Shown here piece by piece: positions 1 to 12,421 of a stretch of 64,000 bases of DNA. The stretch comes from Candidatus Aldehydirespirator sp. (GTDB lineage Bacteria; Actinomycetota; Acidimicrobiia; Acidimicrobiales; Aldehydirespiratoraceae). Position numbers and translations under genes: made by a program. The first letter of the stretch is position 1. Each line of letters opens with the position of its first letter. Location: assembly GCA_965248735.1 (NCBI GenBank), contig OZ252146.1:4120756-4184755 (forward strand), given 5' to 3'. Under the pieces are notes generated by a model. The model was given only the letters and a program-made list of their open reading frames with translations, made no database searches and was not told where the DNA came from.

Positions 1-438
1 CTGGCTCTCGTAGACGGTCACGATGACGTGGGCGCCGGATGCGCTCGCCTGCTCCCAGAGCACGAACGTTGCCGGGTCGCTCAGCCAGGACCGCTCCCTG
101 GAGAGCGCGAAGAACCGCACGCCGCCGACACTGGGGTGATCGAGCCAAAGTTGCAGCGTCTCAGCGGGCGAGTCGCCGTAGGGATCCACGCAGCAGGCGG
201 CCTTGAACCGGCCGGGATGAGCCGACGCGCTGGCGGCCGCATACCGGTTGTCGAACGAGTAGGCCCCCAGCGGCTGCACCAGGACGGCCCGGTCAACGCC
301 CGCCGCGTCCATCTCGTCGAGCAGTCCCTCGGCCGAGCAGGGCGACTGCAGGTACCAGCTCCCCGGCAGCGCGGCCGGTGTGAGGGGGTAGGAGTCGGGA
401 TCGCTCGACACCACATGGGTATGGGCGTCTACGAGCAC
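1..438 (-). CDS. Amidohydrolase family protein (3' end runs off window)
   Basis: Manual translation from GTG at 438: VLVDAHTHVVSSDPDSYPL...LLDEMDAAGVDRAVLVQP. The DAHxH metal motif is typical of Amidohydro_2. Not in the ORF track because it has no stop in the window. Confidence 0.8.
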   Translation of the reverse strand, partial: MLVDAHTHVVSSDPDSYPLTPAALPGSWYLQSPCSAEGLLDEMDAAGVDRAVLVQPLGAYSFDNRYAAASASAHPGRFKAACCVDPYGDSPAETLQLWLDHPSVGGVRFFALSRERSWLSDPATFVLWEQASASGAHVIVTVYESQ

Positions 439-583
439 CCGGGAACGCTACTCGCCGCGCTCGGCGCCCCAGCGGGCGGCAGTGCCCTCGCGCTTCACAA
501 CCGGACAGTTCTGCCCTACAGTCGGTGGCCCTACCAGCCCGAGCCCACCGATCGGGCTAACAACCCAAGGAGGACCTGCTCTC

Positions 584-979
584 ATGTCGACCGTGGCCAG
601 CGACCTGGTGATCGAGTTGGAGAACAAACCGGGGGCGCTGGCCAGAGTGGCAACCGCCATAAGCGACGCAGGCGTGAACATCGCGGCGGCGACGTGCATG
701 GGCACGGGCCGCACCGCGGAGCTGCACATCCTCGTGCCCCACAGCGAGCCCGTCTACCGGGCGCTGGCCAACACCCACGGCCCGGCCGTCACCCGTGAGC
801 GGGAGGTCGTCGTGGTCCAAGCCCAGGACCGGCCCGGCGAGCTGGCCGAGCTGGCCACCAAGGTCTCCAGCGCCGGCATCAACCTCGACATGGTCTACGT
901 GGCCACCAACTCCCGGGTGGTGCTCGGCTCCGAGGACACCGACGCCCTCAAAGAAGTCCTCGACGGCTTCTCCCTGTAG
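584..979 (+). CDS. ACT domain-containing protein (two ACT repeats)
   Basis: LENKPGALARVATAISDAGVNI and AQDRPGELAELATKVSSAGINL ACT motifs; AAGGAGG RBS before ATG 584. Confidence 0.85.
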   Translation: MSTVASDLVIELENKPGALARVATAISDAGVNIAAATCMGTGRTAELHILVPHSEPVYRALANTHGPAVTREREVVVVQAQDRPGELAELATKVSSAGINLDMVYVATNSRVVLGSEDTDALKEVLDGFSL

Positions 980-997
980 GGTTCCGCGGCCCGAGCC

Positions 998-2014
998 TCA
1001 AGTCGACGGCGCCGGATCGGGCCGCACCAGCGCCCGCCACAGCGACCGGTAGCCGGGCCACACCGCCTCGGCGGGCAGATAGCCGTCCTGCACGAGGGCT
1101 CGCTGTAGCCGGGGCAGGTGGCGGGCAGGCACTCCCGAGTCGACGTGGTGGGCCAGGTGGTAGCCCACGTTGTAGGGCACCAGCAACAGGCGGGCCGTCC
1201 AGCTCTGGCGCACATGGTGGGTGGTGTTGCGGCGGTCGGGGGTGCGGGTCATGCCGCCATGCTCGGCTATGGCCCGCAGCCGGTTGGCCACCTGGTAGTA
1301 GCTGAAGTAGGGCAGCGCCCAAAGGACCAGATACAGCCACGGACGCCCCACAGCCCAGAACACGGCCAGTACCACGGCCTGACCGGCGAAGAACCGCAGG
1401 CTGAGCAGCAGGAACGGCGGCCGGACCAGGCCGGTGAAGCGGGGCTTGACGATGCGGAAGCCCGACACGCCGACCAAGTCCCGCAGGAGCTTGCGGCCCA
1501 TGGACGCCTTGGACACCGGATAGAGCGCATACAGCAGGAAGTCGGGCTCCTTGGGTCCGAACTCGTCGCGGTGGTGGTTGGCGTGGCCGCGCCGGTATTG
1601 GTGGGTGCCGGCGCCGAAGGGCAGCCACCCCAGGATGTTCACTCCGACGATGTCGTTGATGAGGCGGTTGGAGAACAACAACCGGTGGGCCGCCTCGTGA
1701 TGCAGGATGAACATCCGCAGCATCACGATTCCCATGACCGGCACGGCGACCGCAGTGGCCAGCCAGTGATCGACGGCGATGACAGCCGCGACCACGGCCA
1801 CAGCCGCTGCGAGCGTCGCCATCACAGTGATGGCGTTGAACGCGTTGGGGATCCGGCGCAGCTCGGCACGGAACTCGGGCCGGGGCCGCCCGTCGGGGCG
1901 CAGCCGCGGCGAGCCCGCGAAACGGGGCAGGTCACCCCGGGCCATGCCCCCGGTCATGGACGCCACAAGCTCGTCGTGGGACAGAGCACTCCCCGCGGCG
2001 GTCATCAACCCCAC
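998..2014 (-). CDS. Fatty acid desaturase family protein
   Basis: Three His boxes (HHEAAH, HANHH, HLAHH) and hydrophobic segments; true start may be 55-70 nt downstream. Confidence 0.85.
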   Translation of the reverse strand: MGLMTAAGSALSHDELVASMTGGMARGDLPRFAGSPRLRPDGRPRPEFRAELRRIPNAFNAITVMATLAAAVAVVAAVIAVDHWLATAVAVPVMGIVMLRMFILHHEAAHRLLFSNRLINDIVGVNILGWLPFGAGTHQYRRGHANHHRDEFGPKEPDFLLYALYPVSKASMGRKLLRDLVGVSGFRIVKPRFTGLVRPPFLLLSLRFFAGQAVVLAVFWAVGRPWLYLVLWALPYFSYYQVANRLRAIAEHGGMTRTPDRRNTTHHVRQSWTARLLLVPYNVGYHLAHHVDSGVPARHLPRLQRALVQDGYLPAEAVWPGYRSLWRALVRPDPAPST

Positions 2015-2080
2015 ACTACGGCATCTCGCGGCCCATAGCGGCTGTGACCGACCCCGTCCCCAACGGTCCCGCTGGTCGGG

Positions 2081-3658
2081 TCAGGACGACTCGTAGAGCT
2101 CCAGCTCGGCCCGCACGGCCCCCGACGCGCTGGGAGGCACGCCGGCGACGCTGACCGCCACTCCCGACGCTGAGATCCTCTCCAGGATGCGCCGCAGCGC
2201 GACCGCCCCGGAGTAGTCGATCCGTCCCACCCCGGACAGGTCGATCACGACGGCCGTGAGGTTGCGCTCGGAGGCCAGCTCCTCGCGCACCAAGCGTTCC
2301 ACCTGAGGCACGGTTGCGAACCACATCACGCCCTTGGGCCGGACGGTGAGCGTGTCATGGTTCCGCTCGCCGGGCGTGGTGACCTGCAGCTCGCGGTAGA
2401 GGTGCACCGCGACGGCCAGGCCGATCCCCACCAGCACGCCTCGCTCCACTCGGGGTGCGAAGGCGATGGTGGCAAGAGTGGTCCCCGCACCGACCAACGC
2501 CTGGGGGAAGGAGCCCCGAGGCAGGCGGGCCATCTCCTTCACATCCACCAGGCGCACTACGACGACGATGACGATCACGCCGAGCACCGCGGTGGGCAGG
2601 TCCTCCAGCAGCGGCGCCAGCGGCAGCACGGCCAGCACGAACGCTCCGGTGATCGCGCCCGACCAGGCGCTGGTGGCCCCGGCCATCCGATTGAGCGAAC
2701 TGCGCGAGAACGAGCCGCCCACCGGGAAGGCGCCCGAGACGGCGGAGGCGAGGTTGGCGACGCCCTGGCTCACCATCTCGCGATTGGCGTTCCACGGCAG
2801 GCGGTCGGCCGCGGCGAAGGTGCGGGCAATCGATGCCGGCTCCGCGAATCCCACCAGCGCTATCACGGCCGCGGGCAGCAGCAGGCTCGGCGCCTCCGCC
2901 CACGGGAAGTCCAGGCTCAGGGGAATGAAGCCGCCGTCGAGGTCGCCCACCTTCGACCCCTCATAGCTGCTGGAGCCGGCCACAGCGACCCCGGCAATCA
3001 CTGCCACCAGCACTCCGGGGAACAGCCGGTGCAAGTAGCGGCCCCCGATCATCAGGACCACCGTGCCCGCCGCGAAGGCGACCGCTGACCAGCGCCACTC
3101 GCCGGGCTGCCCCAGCGTGCGCACCGCCGCGGCCAGCAACTCGCCGGAGGGGTCGACGTCGAAGATCTTGGGCAGCTGCGAGGCGATGATCACCACCGCG
3201 GCTCCTGCGGTGAATCCGGTGACCACCGGCTCCGACAGCAGGTAGGCCACCCGGCCCATGCGCACCACCCCGAGCAGCAGCCGCGTCACGCCCACGAGCA
3301 GGGCTAGCAGCGCGGCGCTCTGGATGTAGTTGGCCTCGCCCGGCTCGGCCACCCCCGACAGCGCCCCGAGGGTGAGCAGGGCGGTGAGAGCCACCGGTCC
3401 GGTCTGCAGGTACCGCGACGACACGAACGCCGCGGCCAGCAGCGACGGCAGCGCGGTGGCGTAAAGGCCGTACTGGGGTGGAAGCCCGGCCAGCTCCGCG
3501 TAGGCCAGCGACTGGGGGATGGCGACCAGCGCCACCGACACCCCGGCGATCAGGTCCCCGGTGCTCGGGCGTGACACGCGAGTCAGGCTACGACGATCGA
3601 TAGCCTGCGCTGTGGTGACCGTCGAGTCCGACTCCCGCGAGACGCCGGAGATGTTCAC
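2081..3658 (-). CDS. SulP family anion transporter with C-terminal STAS domain
   Basis: DLIAGVSVALVAIPQSLAYAELAGLPPQYGLY SulP signature; C-terminal VIDLSGVGRIDYSGA STAS motif; start uncertain. Confidence 0.9.
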   Translation of the reverse strand: MNISGVSRESDSTVTTAQAIDRRSLTRVSRPSTGDLIAGVSVALVAIPQSLAYAELAGLPPQYGLYATALPSLLAAAFVSSRYLQTGPVALTALLTLGALSGVAEPGEANYIQSAALLALLVGVTRLLLGVVRMGRVAYLLSEPVVTGFTAGAAVVIIASQLPKIFDVDPSGELLAAAVRTLGQPGEWRWSAVAFAAGTVVLMIGGRYLHRLFPGVLVAVIAGVAVAGSSSYEGSKVGDLDGGFIPLSLDFPWAEAPSLLLPAAVIALVGFAEPASIARTFAAADRLPWNANREMVSQGVANLASAVSGAFPVGGSFSRSSLNRMAGATSAWSGAITGAFVLAVLPLAPLLEDLPTAVLGVIVIVVVVRLVDVKEMARLPRGSFPQALVGAGTTLATIAFAPRVERGVLVGIGLAVAVHLYRELQVTTPGERNHDTLTVRPKGVMWFATVPQVERLVREELASERNLTAVVIDLSGVGRIDYSGAVALRRILERISASGVAVSVAGVPPSASGAVRAELELYESS

Positions 3659-4016
3659 CGCCGAGTGGGTGGCCTGGCTCGACTCCGTGCTGTCGGAGTG
3701 TCCGGTGAGCGGTGCCGTGGACCTCGTCCTGGAGCACCGGGTGGCCAGCGAGGACGGCTCGGTCTTCTACTGGCATGTGCGCGTGGCCGAGGGCCGCGTG
3801 TCGGCTGCGGCCGGGCCTGCGAGCGCAGGGTCAGGCGGTGACCTCATGACCTTCGCGTCGGACCGCGAGACGGCCCGGGCGATAGCCGTCGAGCGCAAGT
3901 CCGCCCAGCGGGCCTTCGCCGAGGGCCGGCTGCGCCTCGGCGGCGATCCGCAGCTGCTGATCGCGGCCCGTCCAGCGATGGAGGCGATAGGCAAGGCCCT
4001 GAGCCCGCTCGTTTGA
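3651..4016 (+). CDS. SCP2 sterol-binding domain protein
   Basis: MFTAEWV start; AQRAFAEGRLRLGGDPQLL C-terminal SCP2 motif. Confidence 0.75.
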   Translation: MFTAEWVAWLDSVLSECPVSGAVDLVLEHRVASEDGSVFYWHVRVAEGRVSAAAGPASAGSGGDLMTFASDRETARAIAVERKSAQRAFAEGRLRLGGDPQLLIAARPAMEAIGKALSPLV

Positions 4017-4020
4017 GCGC

Positions 4021-4884
4021 CTACTTGAGGAAGCGGCTGGTGGTGTTGTCGGCCAGCACCTTGCCGCCGGTCTGGCACCCCGGGCAGTAGGCCACGCGAT
4101 ACCGGCGGTACTCGACCGAGCGCACCGTGTCGCCGCAGGCCGGGCACGGCTGGCCCACCCGGTGGTGTACGTCGTTGGGCCGGTCCTCGGAGCGGCCCAT
4201 GTCGTCGAGCATGCGCTCCGCGACCAGACCCCGCTCGATCGACACGCCGATGGCGGCGTGCAGGCGATCCACAGCCCCGTCGTCGAGTCGCGACGTGTTG
4301 GCGAAGGGCGAGATCCGAGCCGAGTGGAGCACCTCGTTGGCCAGCAGCCGCCCTATGCCGGCCAGATGCGACTGGTCGCGCAAGAAGCCGTGGACGCGCT
4401 CGCTGGCCGCGGCCAGGCGCCGGGCGAGCTCTTCGCGGCCGATGGTGTGGGCGTCGGGGCCAAGTCGCGCCAGGGGCTCGGCCTCGCCAAGGTCGCCTGC
4501 GACGAGCCACACACCGGCTCGGCGCTCGGTGCCGGCCTCGGTGAGCAGCAGCGCGGTGCCGTCGGCGAATGTCCAGCGAGCCATCCCGCCCCTGGGCTTG
4601 CGGGTCTGCCGGGTGTCGATGCGCAGCCGTCCGGCCTGCATGAGATGGACTACGAATGTGAGCCCGCCGGCGCCGCTTGAGCCGTCTGTGAAGCCGAAGC
4701 GCAGCAGCAGGTACTTGCCCCGATGGCCGAGCGAGGCGAGCACCTGGCCCGCGGCCGCCGCGGGCCTGGGATCGAACGTCTTGAGCGCGGCCGGGTGCAG
4801 CGGCTCGAACCGGGCCAGCGAGGCTCCCGCGAGCGCGGCCGACAGCCGCTCGGCGTGGGCTGCGACCTCGGGCAGCTCCGGCAC
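4021..4884 (-). CDS. Fpg/Nei family DNA glycosylase
   Basis: N-terminal PELPEV, HRGKYLL, LAGIGRLLANEVL H2TH motif, C-terminal CPAC...CPGCQ zinc finger. Confidence 0.92.
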   Translation of the reverse strand: MPELPEVAAHAERLSAALAGASLARFEPLHPAALKTFDPRPAAAAGQVLASLGHRGKYLLLRFGFTDGSSGAGGLTFVVHLMQAGRLRIDTRQTRKPRGGMARWTFADGTALLLTEAGTERRAGVWLVAGDLGEAEPLARLGPDAHTIGREELARRLAAASERVHGFLRDQSHLAGIGRLLANEVLHSARISPFANTSRLDDGAVDRLHAAIGVSIERGLVAERMLDDMGRSEDRPNDVHHRVGQPCPACGDTVRSVEYRRYRVAYCPGCQTGGKVLADNTTSRFLK

Positions 4885-4900
4885 CGAAGCGCTCGGCCTC

Positions 4901-5887
4901 TCAGATCAGGCCGAGTGAGGCCACCGTGTCGCGCTCGGCGGCCAGTTCAGCCACCGAGGCGTCGATGCGGGTGCGGGAGAAGTCGTCGATATCGAGCCCG
5001 CCGACGATCTGGTGGGAGCCGTCGGCGCAGGTGGCCGGGAACGACGAGATCAGCCCCTCGGGCACTCCGTAGCTGCCGTCGGAGCAGACCGCCATCGACA
5101 CCCAGTCGCCCGGCGGCGTGCCGAGCATCCAGTCGCGCACATGGTCGACGGCGGCGTTGGCCGCGGAGGCCGCCGACGACGCGCCCCGGGCCTCGATGAT
5201 GGCCGCGCCCCGCTGCTGCACGGTTCCGATGAACGTGCCCTCGAGCCACTGCTGGTCGTCGACCAGCGCGGCGGCGTTGCGGCCGCCCACCTCGCAATGG
5301 AACAGGTCGGGGTACTGGGTGGCGGAGTGGTTGCCCCAGATGGTCATCTTGGTGATGTCGCCGACAGTGGCCCCCACACGGGCCGCGAGCTGGGCCGTGG
5401 CCCGGTTGTGGTCGAGGCGGGTCATGGCCGTGAACCGCTCGGAGGGGACGCCCTCGGCGTTGTTCATGGCTATCAGGCAGTTGGTGTTGGCCGGGTTGCC
5501 CACCACCAGCACCCGCACGTCGGCGGCGGCGCGAGCTGCGATGGCCCGGCCCTGCACGGTGAAGATGGCGCCGTTGGCCTCCAGCAGGTCCCTGCGCTCC
5601 ATGCCTTTGGTGCGGGGCCGAGAGCCCACCAGCAGGGCGATCTGGGCGCCGTCGAAGGCCTCGTCGGGATCGTCGCTGAGCACCATCTGTGCCAGCAGCC
5701 CGAAGGCGCAGTCGTCGAGCTCCATGGCCACGCCCCGCAGGGCGTCCATGGCCGGAGGGATCTCCAGCATCTGCAGAACGACCGGCTGGTCGGGACCGAG
5801 CATCGACCCGGAGGCGATGCGGAACAGCAGGCTGTAGCCGATCTGGCCGGCCGCGCCGGTGACGGCCACTCTCACGGGATCACGCAT
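4901..5887 (-). CDS. mdh: Malate dehydrogenase
   Basis: [46 protein letters not shown] motifs. Confidence 0.97.
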   Translation of the reverse strand: MRDPVRVAVTGAAGQIGYSLLFRIASGSMLGPDQPVVLQMLEIPPAMDALRGVAMELDDCAFGLLAQMVLSDDPDEAFDGAQIALLVGSRPRTKGMERRDLLEANGAIFTVQGRAIAARAAADVRVLVVGNPANTNCLIAMNNAEGVPSERFTAMTRLDHNRATAQLAARVGATVGDITKMTIWGNHSATQYPDLFHCEVGGRNAAALVDDQQWLEGTFIGTVQQRGAAIIEARGASSAASAANAAVDHVRDWMLGTPPGDWVSMAVCSDGSYGVPEGLISSFPATCADGSHQIVGGLDIDDFSRTRIDASVAELAAERDTVASLGLI

Positions 5888-7760
5888 GGCGGGCACGGTA
5901 GCCGGTGCGAGCGGCCGCCAGCTCTGGGCTGGTACTCAGCGCCCTGCGGCGGGTGTTGCCAACCCAGGACTGGTGCAGCCGGGCGTACACGCCGCCCGCG
6001 GCCGTCAGCTCGCGGTGGGCGCCCTGCTCCACCACTCTCCCGTCGTCGAACACCAGCACCAGGTCGGCCCGCTCCGCGGTGCTCAAGCGGTGGGCGACCG
6101 ACACCGTCGTGCGGCCCACCGCCAGATGGGCCATGGCCGCGGCCAGCGCCTCCTCGGTCTCGGGATCCACCGCCGAGGTCGCCTCGTCCAAGATCAGCAG
6201 ACCCGGATCTGCGACCTGGGCCCGGGCCAGCGCCACCAGCTGGCGCTCGCCGACCGACAGCCGCCCGCCCCGCTGACCCACCGGGGTCTGCATCCCTTGG
6301 GGCAGGCCGCCCATCCAGCCCCGCAGCCCCAGCTCATCGATGGCCGCGGCCGCGTCGGCTGCCGTCGCGCCGGGGCGCCCGTAGCGGATGTTGTCCTCGA
6401 TGGTGGCCGCGAACAGGAAGCCGTCCTGGGGAACCATTCGAATGCCTCGCCGGCGGGCCTCGGGGGCGATCCGGCGCAGGTCCACCCCGCCGATCAGGAC
6501 CTCGCCGGCGGTGGGATCGGCCAGGCGGGCCAGCAGGCGGGCGAAGGTCGTCTTGCCCGAGCCGGTCTCGCCCACCACGGCCACATTGGCGTCGGCCGGG
6601 ATCGAGGCGTCGATCCCGCGCAGCACCGGGCCTCCGGTGGAGTAGGCGAAATCGACGCCCCGCACCAGCACCGGCAGCGGGCCGGGCGCCAGAGCCTCGC
6701 CCTCGCCGGGCGGCGGCTCGACCACGTCCACAGGCATATCGAGCACGCCGAGGATCTTCGACCAGGCGGCCAGCGCCGTCTGGGTGCGGTCAAAAACCAG
6801 GCCGATCTCTGAGATCGGCCTGGCCAGGAGGCGCACCAGGAACAGGAAGGCAACCAGCCCGCCTGCGCCGATTCCCAGCTCGTCGCCCCACACCACCCCC
6901 ACGACAATGACCGCGGCCAGCGCGATCGACGACACGAGCTCGACCACGGGCATCATCACCGCCCACCACTTGAAGGCCGACATCTCGCACTCGTACTGCT
7001 GGTCGACGGCCCGGTCGAGCCGGCTCCGCACCGCGCCCCGATACCCGTAAGCCCGGATCACCTCCGCCGCCGACACCGCCTCGCTGGTGTGGCCCATGGT
7101 GTCGGCCACCCGGTCGCGCACCCGGGAGTAGGCCGCGATCTGGCGGCGCTGTATCCAGCGCAGGAACGGCAGCAGCGGTACGTGCAGGGCCAGCACGAAC
7201 AGGGTGAGCTGCCAGCTGTAGGACACCATGACGCCCAGCGTCGCCACGATCAGCACCGGGTTGACGATCCACGACATGGCGCCCCACTGCATGAACATGG
7301 CCATCGCCTCGATGTCGCTGGTGACCCGGGCCACGAGGACCCCGCGGCGCGACTGGGTGTGGGAGGACAGGCTCAGCCGATGGATGTGCTCGAAGGCCCG
7401 GACCCTCAGCCCGAGCAACACCGACTCGGCCATGCGCACCAGCCGGATGTAGGCCGCGCGGCTCGCAACCGCCACTACCAGCACCGCTCCGAAGGCGCTC
7501 AGCGACAACACCCACACCACGCCGGGCCGGTATCCGTCGGCGCCGAGCACGCCGTGGTCGAGCACTAGCTGCACCAGGATCGGCACGATCAGGCGGCCCA
7601 CTGCAGCGAACACGGCCACTGCGGCGGTGACTCCGAGGCCACGGCGCAGCTCGTCGCTCACGGCAAGGCCGCGGCGCAGCACGCCCAGCGCCCTCACCTC
7701 GTCCGGCGCGCCTACCTCGCCGCCGACGGGTGCAGTCTCGGCGTTGTCCGAGGTGGTCAC
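5880..7760 (-). CDS. ABC exporter subunit (fused TMD + NBD)
   Basis: Walker A GETGSGKT, signature LSVGERQ, Walker B ILDEATS; N-terminal TM helices. Confidence 0.92.
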   Translation of the reverse strand: MTTSDNAETAPVGGEVGAPDEVRALGVLRRGLAVSDELRRGLGVTAAVAVFAAVGRLIVPILVQLVLDHGVLGADGYRPGVVWVLSLSAFGAVLVVAVASRAAYIRLVRMAESVLLGLRVRAFEHIHRLSLSSHTQSRRGVLVARVTSDIEAMAMFMQWGAMSWIVNPVLIVATLGVMVSYSWQLTLFVLALHVPLLPFLRWIQRRQIAAYSRVRDRVADTMGHTSEAVSAAEVIRAYGYRGAVRSRLDRAVDQQYECEMSAFKWWAVMMPVVELVSSIALAAVIVVGVVWGDELGIGAGGLVAFLFLVRLLARPISEIGLVFDRTQTALAAWSKILGVLDMPVDVVEPPPGEGEALAPGPLPVLVRGVDFAYSTGGPVLRGIDASIPADANVAVVGETGSGKTTFARLLARLADPTAGEVLIGGVDLRRIAPEARRRGIRMVPQDGFLFAATIEDNIRYGRPGATAADAAAAIDELGLRGWMGGLPQGMQTPVGQRGGRLSVGERQLVALARAQVADPGLLILDEATSAVDPETEEALAAAMAHLAVGRTTVSVAHRLSTAERADLVLVFDDGRVVEQGAHRELTAAGGVYARLHQSWVGNTRRRALSTSPELAAARTGYRARHA

Positions 7761-9511
7761 GGCGCCGCGGCCTGCTCGTAGGCCGACACCAGCAACCGGT
7801 AGTCGTCGAGGGCCAGCAGTTCGGTGTGGGTGCCGACGGCGGCGATGCGGCCGCCGGCGAGAAAGGCCACCCGGTCGGCCAACTCGATGGTGGAGAGCCG
7901 GTGGGCGACAACGAGCAGGGTCGTGTCGAGCCGCCTGCGCATGTTGGCCAGAATCTCGCCCTCCACGACGGGATCGACTGCGCTGGTGGCGTCGTCGAGC
8001 ATGAGCAGCCGGGGCGATCGCACCAGGGCCCGGGCCAGAGCCACCCGCTGTCGCTGCCCGCCCGAAAGGGTCACACCCCGCTCGCCCACGACCGTTCCTG
8101 CGCCCTGGGGGAGGGCTTCCACGAACTCGCCCGCAGCAGCAACGCCCAGCGCGGCGCCCACGTCGGCCCGGGTGCCTCCCCAGCGCAGGTCCACGTTCTC
8201 GGTCACCGAGTCGGCGAACAGGAAGGCCTCCTGGAACACCAGAGCCACCGCCTCATGCAGTTCGTCGGCGGGGACACGGTGCAGGTCGGTGCCCGACAAC
8301 CGGATCGACCCCCGCGCCGGGGGGTTCAGCCCGGCGACGGTCTCCAGCAGGGTGGACTTGCCCGAGCCGGTGGCGCCGACGAGCGCCACCGTCTCGCCGG
8401 GCCGCACCGCGAATGTCACTCCGTCGAGCACGAGCTGGGCGCCGTAGCCCACGGCAAGGTCGTGGATCTCCAAGCCGAGCGGCCCCGACGGCAGGACCCG
8501 GCCGTCACCAACCGGAGCGGCTGCTTCCGGGACAGGCTGGTCGAGCACTCGGTCCACCCGCTCCAGCGACACCACCGAGCGGGGCATCTCCTCCAGGAAG
8601 AAACCCACGATCAGCAGAGGCAGAGCCAGCAGTGAGAACAGGGTGGTGGCCAGCACGAGGTCCCCGGGGGTGGCTGCGCCCCGGCCCACAAGCCAGGCCC
8701 CCACCAGCAGCAGGGTGATCGCGCCCAGTGTGGGCAGGGCGTCCAGGGCGGGCTCGAAGGTGCCCCGCATGCGGCCCACCCGGACCCGCTCGTCGCGCAG
8801 CCGCTCGGAGGCGGCGCGCATCCGCTCCACCTCCACCTGCTCGCGGCCCAGGGTCTTCACCACCACGGCACCGTCGAAGCTCTCGTGGGCCACCGTGGAC
8901 ACCTCGCCGACGCGCCGCTGCACCTCGGCCGAGGGCGCCTCGACCCTGCGGGTGTAGATGCGGCTGATCAACGCGAGGGCCGGGAAGACCACGGCCGCGA
9001 TGAGCGCCAGCAGCGGGTGGGCGAGGAACAGCACCACCATCGTCATCACCACCAGCACTAGGACGCTGACCGCGAAGGCCAGGGGTTTGAGCACCATCGT
9101 GGCCGTGTTGACGTCGGAGTCGGCGTGGGCGAGCAGCTCTCCGGGAGCCCGCTCGCGGTGGAAGTCCATGGGCAGATCGAGGTAGCGGTGCAGCAGGGCC
9201 CGGCGCCAGTCCCGCTGCGTTCGCAGCTCGGCCATGGCCAGGTACCAGCGGCGCAGCAGAACCGAGACCCCGCTGGCGACCGCCACTGCGATCACCGCGG
9301 CGGCCGCCACGGCCGGCGCCGTCCGTTCGACGGAGTCGGCAAAGATCACGTTGTCGGTGATCCAGCCCAGCAGCCAGGCGCTGCCCACGGTGGCGGCGAC
9401 GAAGCCGAGCGCCCCCACCATGGCCAGCGCGTGCGGGCCGGGATGGGCCCGCACCGACCGCATTATCAGCCGGAATCCCCGCCGGGCCACGCTGCCATGG
9501 GAGGCGCTCAC
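7757..9511 (-). CDS. ABC exporter subunit (fused TMD + NBD), probable heterodimer partner
   Basis: GATGSGKS, LSGGQRQR, MLDDATS; 4-nt overlap with the adjacent paralog. Confidence 0.92.
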   Translation of the reverse strand: MSASHGSVARRGFRLIMRSVRAHPGPHALAMVGALGFVAATVGSAWLLGWITDNVIFADSVERTAPAVAAAAVIAVAVASGVSVLLRRWYLAMAELRTQRDWRRALLHRYLDLPMDFHRERAPGELLAHADSDVNTATMVLKPLAFAVSVLVLVVMTMVVLFLAHPLLALIAAVVFPALALISRIYTRRVEAPSAEVQRRVGEVSTVAHESFDGAVVVKTLGREQVEVERMRAASERLRDERVRVGRMRGTFEPALDALPTLGAITLLLVGAWLVGRGAATPGDLVLATTLFSLLALPLLIVGFFLEEMPRSVVSLERVDRVLDQPVPEAAAPVGDGRVLPSGPLGLEIHDLAVGYGAQLVLDGVTFAVRPGETVALVGATGSGKSTLLETVAGLNPPARGSIRLSGTDLHRVPADELHEAVALVFQEAFLFADSVTENVDLRWGGTRADVGAALGVAAAGEFVEALPQGAGTVVGERGVTLSGGQRQRVALARALVRSPRLLMLDDATSAVDPVVEGEILANMRRRLDTTLLVVAHRLSTIELADRVAFLAGGRIAAVGTHTELLALDDYRLLVSAYEQAAAP

Positions 9512-9527
9512 GGTGGAGCGTCAGCCT

Positions 9528-10724
<1,197 letters not shown>

Positions 10725-10760
10725 GTATACCGAGGCTACAGGCGGCCCGAATGGGCTCGT

Positions 10761-11462
10761 TCAGCCGGCCAGCGACTGGGCCTCGTCGAAGACTTCCTGA
10801 AGGCGCTTGCGCACCATCTCGGAGAAGTGGATCCTCTGCGGGCGGGTCATGCGGCCCTCGGGCGGACGGATGGGCGGGCCGGCCACCATGACCACCCGCA
10901 CCCTCCGAGGCAGGCGAGTGCCGGAACTCATCGCGGCCTCAGTGCCGGCAATGCCGACGGGCACGATGGCCGCTCCGGTGCGCGACGCGAGGTAGCTCAT
11001 GCCGTCGAAGACGCTGACCACCTTCGGGCCGGTCTGGCGGGTGCCCTCGGGGAACACGACGATCTGCTCGCCCGCCTGCAGGATCTTGACCGAAGTCAGG
11101 ATCGCCTCCCGGTCGACCGCGCCCCGGCGCACCGGGAACGCGCCCAGCGCGGACAGGAAGGCGCCGAAGAGCCGGCTGCGGAACAAAGACTCCTTCGACA
11201 GGGCCCGCATCCGGCGGTGGCCCATCCCGGCCAGCAGCGGCGTGTCGAGGTTGGAGCGATGTACCGGGGCCACGATCACCGGACCCGCGATGTCGAGGTG
11301 CTCGGCCCCCTTGTGGCGCACCCGGAAGTAGGGGTGCAGCACCACGATGATGGTGCGCCGCACGAGACGGTACACCCACATGGAGCTGCGCTTGGCCGCG
11401 ATGCGCTGGGACCACTGCTGCAGGTCCTCGACCCGACTTGGCTTGCGACCCTTGGACGTCAT
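10761..11462 (-). CDS. 1-acyl-sn-glycerol-3-phosphate acyltransferase (PlsC family)
   Basis: HRSNLD (HxxxxD) and FPEGTR motifs. Confidence 0.9.
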   Translation of the reverse strand: MTSKGRKPSRVEDLQQWSQRIAAKRSSMWVYRLVRRTIIVVLHPYFRVRHKGAEHLDIAGPVIVAPVHRSNLDTPLLAGMGHRRMRALSKESLFRSRLFGAFLSALGAFPVRRGAVDREAILTSVKILQAGEQIVVFPEGTRQTGPKVVSVFDGMSYLASRTGAAIVPVGIAGTEAAMSSGTRLPRRVRVVMVAGPPIRPPEGRMTRPQRIHFSEMVRKRLQEVFDEAQSLAG

Positions 11463-11602
11463 GTTTGGTTGTGTCTAGCACTGCCGCCGCATTCGGCTGT
11501 AACGCGGCACGGCGCGCTTCGTCGCTCAGACCGACCGGCTAGCGGCGTTCGGCTGTAATGGAGTAGGGCACTTGGACGCCCGCACGGCACAGGAGGCAGG
11601 CC

Positions 11603-12382
11603 ATGGGACAGCTTGAGGGCAGGACGGCGATAGTCACCGGCGCGGGCGAGGGCATCGGGCGGGCTGTGGCCCGGGCCTTCGTGGCCGAGGGAGCCAATGT
11701 GCTAGTAGCCGAGATCGACGAGCGCCTGGGCGCCGACGCCGCAGCCGAGCTTGGCGACACCTGCCAGTTCCTGCCCACCGACGTTGGCGAGCGGGCTGAG
11801 GTCGAGGCCATGGTCGCCCATGCCGCCCAACAGTGGGGGTCAGTGGACATCCTGGTTAACAACGCCTGGGGCGGTGGCGAGGTGAGCCGTCTAGAGCACA
11901 AGTCCGCCGCCGGGATGGCCCGGGCTCTGGCCGTGGGCTTCTACGGCCCGTTCTGGGCCATGGCCGCGGCGCTGCCCATCATGAAGGCCAACGGCTGGGG
12001 CCGGGTGGTCAACATGTGCTCGCTCAACGGGGTGAACGCCCACATGGGCACCGTGGAGTACAACTCGGCCAAGGAGGCGCTGCGAGCCGCCACCCGTACC
12101 GCGGCCCGCGAGTGGGCGGGCTGGGGCATCACCGCCAACATCGTGTGCCCCGCGGCCAAGTCGGCCAGCTTCCACCGGGTGCTGGGCGCGCACCCCGAGC
12201 TGCTGGCCGCGGCCGACTCCTCCAACCCGATGGGCCGCATCGGCGACCCCGACCTCGACATCGCGCCGGTGGTGGTCTTCCTGGCCAGCGAGGCCAGCCG
12301 ATACGTGACCGGCAACACGCTGTTCGTGGACGGCGGGGGCCACATCAACGGCGCGGCCTGGAAGCCCGACCTGCCCGACTGA
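11603..12382 (+). CDS. SDR family oxidoreductase
   Basis: TGAGEGIG, NNA, YNSAK (YxxxK). Confidence 0.92.
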   Translation: MGQLEGRTAIVTGAGEGIGRAVARAFVAEGANVLVAEIDERLGADAAAELGDTCQFLPTDVGERAEVEAMVAHAAQQWGSVDILVNNAWGGGEVSRLEHKSAAGMARALAVGFYGPFWAMAAALPIMKANGWGRVVNMCSLNGVNAHMGTVEYNSAKEALRAATRTAAREWAGWGITANIVCPAAKSASFHRVLGAHPELLAAADSSNPMGRIGDPDLDIAPVVVFLASEASRYVTGNTLFVDGGGHINGAAWKPDLPD

Positions 12383-12421
12383 GCCTCGCCGCGACACCAC
12401 CGGCTGATACCGTCGCCGGTC